Assembly: GCA_035556195.1 (NCBI GenBank)
Contig: DATMFK010000011.1
Span: forward strand, 24,900 to 88,899
From: Rhizobiaceae bacterium
GTDB taxonomy: Bacteria > Pseudomonadota > Alphaproteobacteria > Rhizobiales > Rhizobiaceae
Direction of reading: 5' to 3'
DNA: 64,000 bases
The translations under genes were made by a program, and so were the position numbers. This document shows, piece after piece, positions 59,173-64,000 of this stretch (its first letter is position 1; each line of letters opens with the position of its first letter). The notes beneath the pieces are model-generated. The model did not search any database. It was not told the DNA's origin and saw only the letters and a program-made list of their open reading frames with translations.

Positions 59173-60714
59173 CTATTTCGTCATGATGGTGTGGCTCTGC
59201 TCGCGCATGAACTGCGGCAGGAAGTAGACGCCGAGGCCGCCCTTGCCGCTCACGCCGGTACCTTTCCAGCCGCAGAAGGGCTGCGCGCCGGGCCATGCAC
59301 CGGTGGTGGCGCCGCTGGCGCGGTTTGCATAGAGGACGCCGGCCTCGGCATGGTCGAGGAAGTAGCGCAGCTCCGCGTCGTCTTTCGTGAAGACGCCGGC
59401 GGCCAAGCCATAGGCAATGTCATTGCCTTCCTTGAGCGCCTCTTGCAGGTTGTCGACGCCACGCAGCACCACGAAGGGCATGAACAATTCTTCCTTGGTC
59501 AGGCGCGACGGTCCGGGCATCTCCACGAGAGCGCCCTGGAAATAGTTCTCTCCCAAGGCTTCGAGGCGCGTTCCGCCATAATGCACCGTGCCCTCCGCGG
59601 CGGCTTGGGCCATCGCCTCGGTGAACCGGGCCACCGTTGCAGCGTTGTAGAGCGGCCCCATGAAGGTCTCGGCCTTGCGCGGATCGCCGACAACGAGCTT
59701 CGAGGCGAAGTCCTTGAAGTGACGGATGAACTCTTCCTTCACGGCGTTGTCGACATAGACCACCGAGCAGGCCGAGCATTTTTGACCTTGAAGGCCGAAG
59801 GCCGACCGCGCCACGCCCTGAGCCGCACGTTCGACATCGGCGTTCCTCGTGACGTAAGCGGGGTTCTTGCCCCCCATCTCGGCCACCACGGGCTTCATAT
59901 GGGGCAGGGTGGCCATGTGGCGGAAAATGCCCATGCCGGTGTTGTGCGAACCGGTGAATGCCACGCCGTCTATGCCTTCGTCGGTCGCGAGCAGACGGCC
60001 GACTTCGCCGTCGCCCAGCACGATGTTGAACACGCCGTCCGGCAGGCCAGCCTTCTTCAGCGTTTCGGCGATGAGAAGGCCGGTGAGGGGGCATTCCGGG
60101 GAGGGCTTGTAGACCACGGTATTGCCGGTGATCAGCGCACCGGTGATCATTCCGATCGAAAGGGCGACCGGGAAATTGAAAGGCGCAATGACGGCAAAGA
60201 CACCGTAGGGCTTCAGGACGCTGACAGCGGTCTCGTTCTCGATCAGCTCGTTCATCTGGCGCCGGTATCCGCCGTTGCGACGCAACTCGCCGGGATAGAA
60301 GTCCAGCATGTCGACGGCCTCTTCGGCTTCACCGACGCCTTCGAGGCGGGACTTGCCGACCTCGTAGAGCGCGGCGAGGCCGAGCGTGTACTTCTCTTCG
60401 CTGAGAACCTTCTTCCAACGCTCGGCGAAAGCCAGCCGGTCTTCAAGGGATGCGAAATTCCAGCTTTTGGCGGCTTTGCGGGCCGTGGCGATCGCCGCCT
60501 TCACATCGGCTGCATTGGAACGGGGGAACTTGCCGAGGGAAATGTCAGGGCTGATCGGGCTCGCGATGCTGACCGCTGCCTCCGAAGCGAACGGGGTGCT
60601 CCAGGTTTTCGTCAGTGTCCCGGCTTCAAACTGCGGAATAAGCGTATCGATATGAGCGTGCACCGGCCCGAAATCGACGCCGATATTCGAATAGGTAACT
60701 CGCGGTAAGGTCAT
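59173..60714 (-). CDS. Aldehyde dehydrogenase (P5C dehydrogenase-like)
   Basis: APFNFP, FTGS, AEMGGKN, GQKCSACS, EELFMP. Confidence 0.92.
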   Translation of the reverse strand: MTLPRVTYSNIGVDFGPVHAHIDTLIPQFEAGTLTKTWSTPFASEAAVSIASPISPDISLGKFPRSNAADVKAAIATARKAAKSWNFASLEDRLAFAERWKKVLSEEKYTLGLAALYEVGKSRLEGVGEAEEAVDMLDFYPGELRRNGGYRRQMNELIENETAVSVLKPYGVFAVIAPFNFPVALSIGMITGALITGNTVVYKPSPECPLTGLLIAETLKKAGLPDGVFNIVLGDGEVGRLLATDEGIDGVAFTGSHNTGMGIFRHMATLPHMKPVVAEMGGKNPAYVTRNADVERAAQGVARSAFGLQGQKCSACSVVYVDNAVKEEFIRHFKDFASKLVVGDPRKAETFMGPLYNAATVARFTEAMAQAAAEGTVHYGGTRLEALGENYFQGALVEMPGPSRLTKEELFMPFVVLRGVDNLQEALKEGNDIAYGLAAGVFTKDDAELRYFLDHAEAGVLYANRASGATTGAWPGAQPFCGWKGTGVSGKGGLGVYFLPQFMREQSHTIMTK

Positions 60715-60728
60715 GATCAAAACTCGTC

Positions 60729-60758
60729 CCGATAATCGATATTAATCTCTATAATCGG
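60729..60758. promoter_or_regulatory. Candidate IclR operator near a sigma70-like promoter of the catabolic operon
   Basis: CCGATAAT-N14-ATAATCGG imperfect inverted repeat in an AT-rich patch; minus-strand TTGACT at 60778-60773. Confidence 0.5.
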
Positions 60759-60882
60759 CACAAATTTTGTCGAGTCAATGAGATTTTGGTGCCGGACGGC
60801 GGGACCTTGGGGAAGCTGCTTCTGAACGCACAAAGGCCCCGCGCTTGGCGCGAGGCCTCGACAATCGGTCGGCGAGTATCGT

Positions 60883-61662
60883 CTAGTCGGCCTTGTCGGT
60901 CAGCTTCAGCAGCCTTGTCAGCCGTGCCGCCGTCTGCGAGAGCGCCTCGCGATTCCTGTCGAAGTATTCCTCCGCTATTCCACGATGAGGGCCTGTAAGA
61001 CCAAGGGCATAGGTGATCCTGCCACCTGGTTTTCCGATCGGAAAAGCGATGGTGCTCAGCCCCGCGACGTGTTCCTCCAGTTCCGTTGCGTAACCTCGTG
61101 CGCGGGTGACGCGCATCTCAGCCAGGAGTTCATCGCGGTCGGTTTTCGTATTGGACGTGAACTGCGGCAAATCGCCGGTCAGGATGCGCCGTGCTTCCTC
61201 TTCGTCCTGATATGCCAGCAGCACCTTCGCGGTTGCCGTGGCGTTGAGCGGCATGATCGTGCCTGGCGCGATATAGATGCGAACAAGCGTATCGGGCGCG
61301 GTGCAGGTGACGGAGCGCACCTCGTCACCGGCAAGTTTCGAAATGAACGCCGATTGTCCGGTCTCAGCGGCAAGCAGTTCCAGTGGCCGCCGGGCCAGCG
61401 GCTCGATCCATTCCGTGTTCGACGAGCTGTGCACCAGCTGGAGGATTCGATCGCCCAATTTGTACGTGCGATTGCGGGCATTGCTTGCCGTGATCAGGCC
61501 GCCGTCGAGCAAGGCGTGGAGCAGGCGGTTCACCGTAGCTTTGGGCAAGTCCAGCGCGACCTCGATTTCAGCAGCGGTCAGCCCCTGGGAGAAGGGGGCG
61601 ATCATCTCCAGGATCGAGATGTACCGTTCCAAAGGGCTGTCTTTTGGAGATTGATTGAGCAT
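60883..61662 (-). CDS. IclR-family transcriptional regulator
   Basis: HTH LPKATVNRLLHAL; ATATAKVLLAY, RARGYA, LGLTGP. Confidence 0.92.
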   Translation of the reverse strand: MLNQSPKDSPLERYISILEMIAPFSQGLTAAEIEVALDLPKATVNRLLHALLDGGLITASNARNRTYKLGDRILQLVHSSSNTEWIEPLARRPLELLAAETGQSAFISKLAGDEVRSVTCTAPDTLVRIYIAPGTIMPLNATATAKVLLAYQDEEEARRILTGDLPQFTSNTKTDRDELLAEMRVTRARGYATELEEHVAGLSTIAFPIGKPGGRITYALGLTGPHRGIAEEYFDRNREALSQTAARLTRLLKLTDKAD

Positions 61663-62003
61663 GTCTTCTTTCGTGATTCGTGCCTGCCGACAGACCAAGG
61701 CTTGGACGACTGCCGTTGGCGAGACATGATCAAATTGACCGCGCAGCGCAAGCCGCTACCACGTTTCGACCGGGCCGGGAGCTGTCGATTGCCACGGCGT
61801 TTTGCCTTTCCGGTCTCACGGTTCTCGCGGCATCTCACAGCTCTGAGTTGCCGAACGCCGCCACGATCCGAGTGCGAACGCGTAGCGCGTCGGTATTGCC
61901 GCATGCGGTCGTGTCGGTCGGTCAGGGGATACAGGGCCGCTGACGCATGTCGCCGAACGATGTACAGCGGCTTCGGGTAAATGGCATCTGAAACAACAGT
62001 TTA

Positions 62004-62041
62004 AAGCCTGCCGTGCAAATCTCGATTTGCGCGGCAGGCTT
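62004..62041. other. Long intergenic hairpin (18-bp stem)
   Basis: AAGCCTGCCGTGCAAATC-TC-GATTTGCGCGGCAGGCTT, one mismatch (G-U in RNA). Confidence 0.75.
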
Positions 62042-62057
62042 AAGAGGGCGGGGAGCG

Positions 62058-62528
62058 TCATCGGGCCACGGTGTGCCGATCGTCGGTGTTCGACAAGAGG
62101 TTCAGTTCGGAACGAAGACGATCCGGGTCGGGGAGTGCCGCCTCAATCTCAGCGTGAACACGCCGCCAGATCGGCAGAGCTTCGATGAGAAGCGATCGAC
62201 CGGTTCGTGTCAGGCGTAGCCGCTTGGCGCGTCTGTCCTGCGGGTCGGCTGCCGACTCCACAAGCCCCCGACGCTCTAGCGGCTTGAGGTTGGCCGTGAG
62301 CGTCGTCCTGTCCATCGCCAACGTTGCTGCCACGCTGCCGAGGCTCGGCGGCTCCGGGCGATTGAGCGACATCAGGAGGGAGAACTGCCCACTGGTGATG
62401 CCGACGGACTTGAGCGCGACGTCGAAGCGGCGTGCAAGGGCGCGCGCCGCCTGCTGCGCATGCAGGCACAGGCAGGCATATCGCACATGAAGCGTCGTCT
62501 GGAAGGTAAGGTCGGCAGGCTGGTCCAT
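62058..62528 (-). CDS. MarR-family regulator
   Basis: CLCLHAQQAARALARRF, MDRTTLTANLKPLERRGLV, DRR. Confidence 0.93.
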   Translation of the reverse strand: MDQPADLTFQTTLHVRYACLCLHAQQAARALARRFDVALKSVGITSGQFSLLMSLNRPEPPSLGSVAATLAMDRTTLTANLKPLERRGLVESAADPQDRRAKRLRLTRTGRSLLIEALPIWRRVHAEIEAALPDPDRLRSELNLLSNTDDRHTVAR

Positions 62529-62557
62529 TTGAAGGTTGACATCCGTAGGGAATTTAC

Positions 62558-62569
62558 GTTGATATCAAC
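62558..62569. promoter_or_regulatory. Candidate MarR operator
   Basis: Perfect palindrome GTTGATATCAAC just upstream of marR. Confidence 0.6.
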
Positions 62570-62737
62570 CTAATTGGGGCGCGTCAACGTGGAGGACATG
62601 GTGCCGAATCATCCGTCGACCGGCAGCGCTCCGGTGCCTGACCATCGTTCCGGATCCGCGCTGCAATGATGAAAGCTGCGCCGAAGATTCATCGCGGCGC
62701 TTATCGCCAACCGTAGACCGACGAAGAGGAAGAGAGC

Positions 62738-63184
62738 ATGAAGATTGTGACCAGCCTGAGCTTCCAGGGCCAGTGCCGCGAAGCGTTCGAATTCTACGCC
62801 CGGGTGCTGGGCGGGAAGATCACCGCAGCGATGCCCTACAGCGATGCGCCGCCGGACATGCCCGTCAGCGATGAAAAGTACAAGAATTGGCTCATGCACT
62901 GCTGGCTCGAGGTCGGCGACCAGGCGCTGATGGGAGCCGATATGGACGTCGGATGGGCGCCCAACATCGACAAGCCCAAGAACGGCTTCGACGTTACCCT
63001 GCACACCGAAGACATGGCGGAGGGCCAACGCTGGTTCGACCAGTTGTCAGAGGGGGGGAGGGCGGTCATGCCGTTCGGCGAGACCTTTTTTTCGCCCGGC
63101 TTCGGCTCCCTGATAGACAAGTTCGGCGTGCCGTGGATGATCAACGTCATGCCGTCCGCCGAGTGGCGCGCACAGCACGGCTGA
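62738..63184 (+). CDS. VOC/PhnB-like protein
   Basis: LSFQGQCREAFEFY, LMHCWL, MPFGETFFSPGFGSLIDKFGVPWMIN. Confidence 0.9.
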   Translation: MKIVTSLSFQGQCREAFEFYARVLGGKITAAMPYSDAPPDMPVSDEKYKNWLMHCWLEVGDQALMGADMDVGWAPNIDKPKNGFDVTLHTEDMAEGQRWFDQLSEGGRAVMPFGETFFSPGFGSLIDKFGVPWMINVMPSAEWRAQHG

Positions 63185-63278
63185 TCCTTGAGGCTATCTG
63201 CTTCTCGCGATGGTGGGAACGGCGTGGTCGATTGCCGCGGCACTGCGAAGCCCGCCGGTCCTTGACGGTCGCGAGGGG

Positions 63279-63435
63279 CCCCTCACCGTACGGACATCTA
63301 TCCCCGCGAGGGGGGAGAGAGAGCATGGCCGAATGGCTTTCGCCAATCCGAGAACGTTGGTGATCGGGGAAAGTGGAGATGGCATCGGTCTTCTCCCCGC
63401 CCGCGGGGAGAAGGTGCCGGCAGGCTGATGAGGGG
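63279..63435. repeat. Family-A REP doublet
   Basis: CCCCTCACCGTACGGACATCTATCCCC...GGGGAGAG (63279-63320); core at 63338-63372; inverted REP at 63390-63435. Confidence 0.9.
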
Positions 63436-63448
63436 CTTGCTGGGCCGG

Positions 63449-63670
63449 TCAATCCTTGTTGCCGCTGGTCCAGCCCCTTCGCCTCAACCTAGCGCGCTTG
63501 AGAATACGCCGCCAGCGTAGCATCTCGATGGGGATCGGCTGCCTTCTGCTGGCTATGCGATATATCTCGTTGTCGACATTCTTGAGCGTCCGCCAGAAAT
63601 CATAGTCCGTCAGCCGCGGATCGGACGCCAGCCGTTCGGCCTCCGCTTGGATATCCGTCGTCACCGTCAT
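63449..63670 (-). CDS. 73-aa hypothetical protein
   Basis: SD GAGG; MTVTTDIQAEAERLASDPRLTDYDFWRTLK...; fills the gap between the repeat and the thioesterase gene. Confidence 0.7.
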   Translation of the reverse strand: MTVTTDIQAEAERLASDPRLTDYDFWRTLKNVDNEIYRIASRRQPIPIEMLRWRRILKRARLRRRGWTSGNKD

Positions 63671-63795
63671 GCCTCAAGTCAGCCGCCCCCAGCCCGACGC
63701 AATGAACCGATGCTGGCATGATGTCGTCCATCGGCATCCCGGTATCAACCAGCTTCCTGGCTTCTTCCACTTTTAAACATTGTTAAGGTTAACGG

Positions 63796-64000
63796 TCAGC
63801 CGGGTTTGCGCTTGATGCCGATCGAACGGCCCGCGCGCGCGGGCGTCGGCAGGGCGGAATGCGCCCGATGCATCGCCTCGACTCGCGCGAGCGCGTCCGG
63901 CGGAAAGGGAACGACCTTGGGACCCGTCATGTCGACATGCAGCGACAGCGTCTCGCATGTCGCGGCAAGCCAGCCGTCTGCATGACGAAGCTCCTTGTAG
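63796..64000 (-). CDS. Thioesterase-family protein, C-terminal part (5' end outside the window)
   Basis: Manual translation YKELRHADGWLAATCETLSLHVDMTGPKVVPFP...AGRSIGIKRKPG*. Confidence 0.75.
   Translation of the reverse strand, partial: YKELRHADGWLAATCETLSLHVDMTGPKVVPFPPDALARVEAMHRAHSALPTPARAGRSIGIKRKPG

Noticed and set aside
61700-62000. Gene or transposase remnant between iclR and marR
   Set aside because: None of the frames I examined gave a recognisable motif
33600-62050. A single integrative island with att sites
   Set aside because: No integrase, tRNA or flanking direct repeat was found by eye; only a resolvase remnant supports mobility

Overview
High-GC alphaproteobacterial chromosomal window (Hyphomicrobiales; most likely Phyllobacteriaceae, inferred from protein similarity recalled from memory, not from a search). 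Left end: a minus-strand sugar ABC transporter plus FGGY kinase operon heavily invaded by palindromic repeats. Next, a 95-aa GIY-YIG nuclease gene enclosed by four identical 44-bp CGTC-tagged palindromes. Then the core cluster ddl-ftsQ-ftsA-ftsZ-lpxC-bamD-recN-ligA and housekeeping genes (azlC/azlD/azlC, aminopeptidase P, prmA, SCO, creA, uvrD, PQQ dehydrogenase). The accessory right half holds an HpaBC-type monooxygenase, a ferric-siderophore uptake system with RirA-type boxes, an ECF42 sigma factor with a DGPF protein and two divergent matching promoters, a TMEM43-family gene, mgtA beside a decayed resolvase, and an IclR-controlled amine/amino-acid catabolic cluster. The most distinctive signal is a REP-like repeat ecosystem. 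Two repeat families share a 26-bp core hairpin (GCCAATC-N12-GATTGGC) and a GCGAAGC mini-hairpin, and one family is arranged around the GIY-YIG gene as REPs are arranged around RAYT transposases. No tRNA, rRNA or CRISPR was seen. Many start codons were moved downstream of the ORF-track starts.
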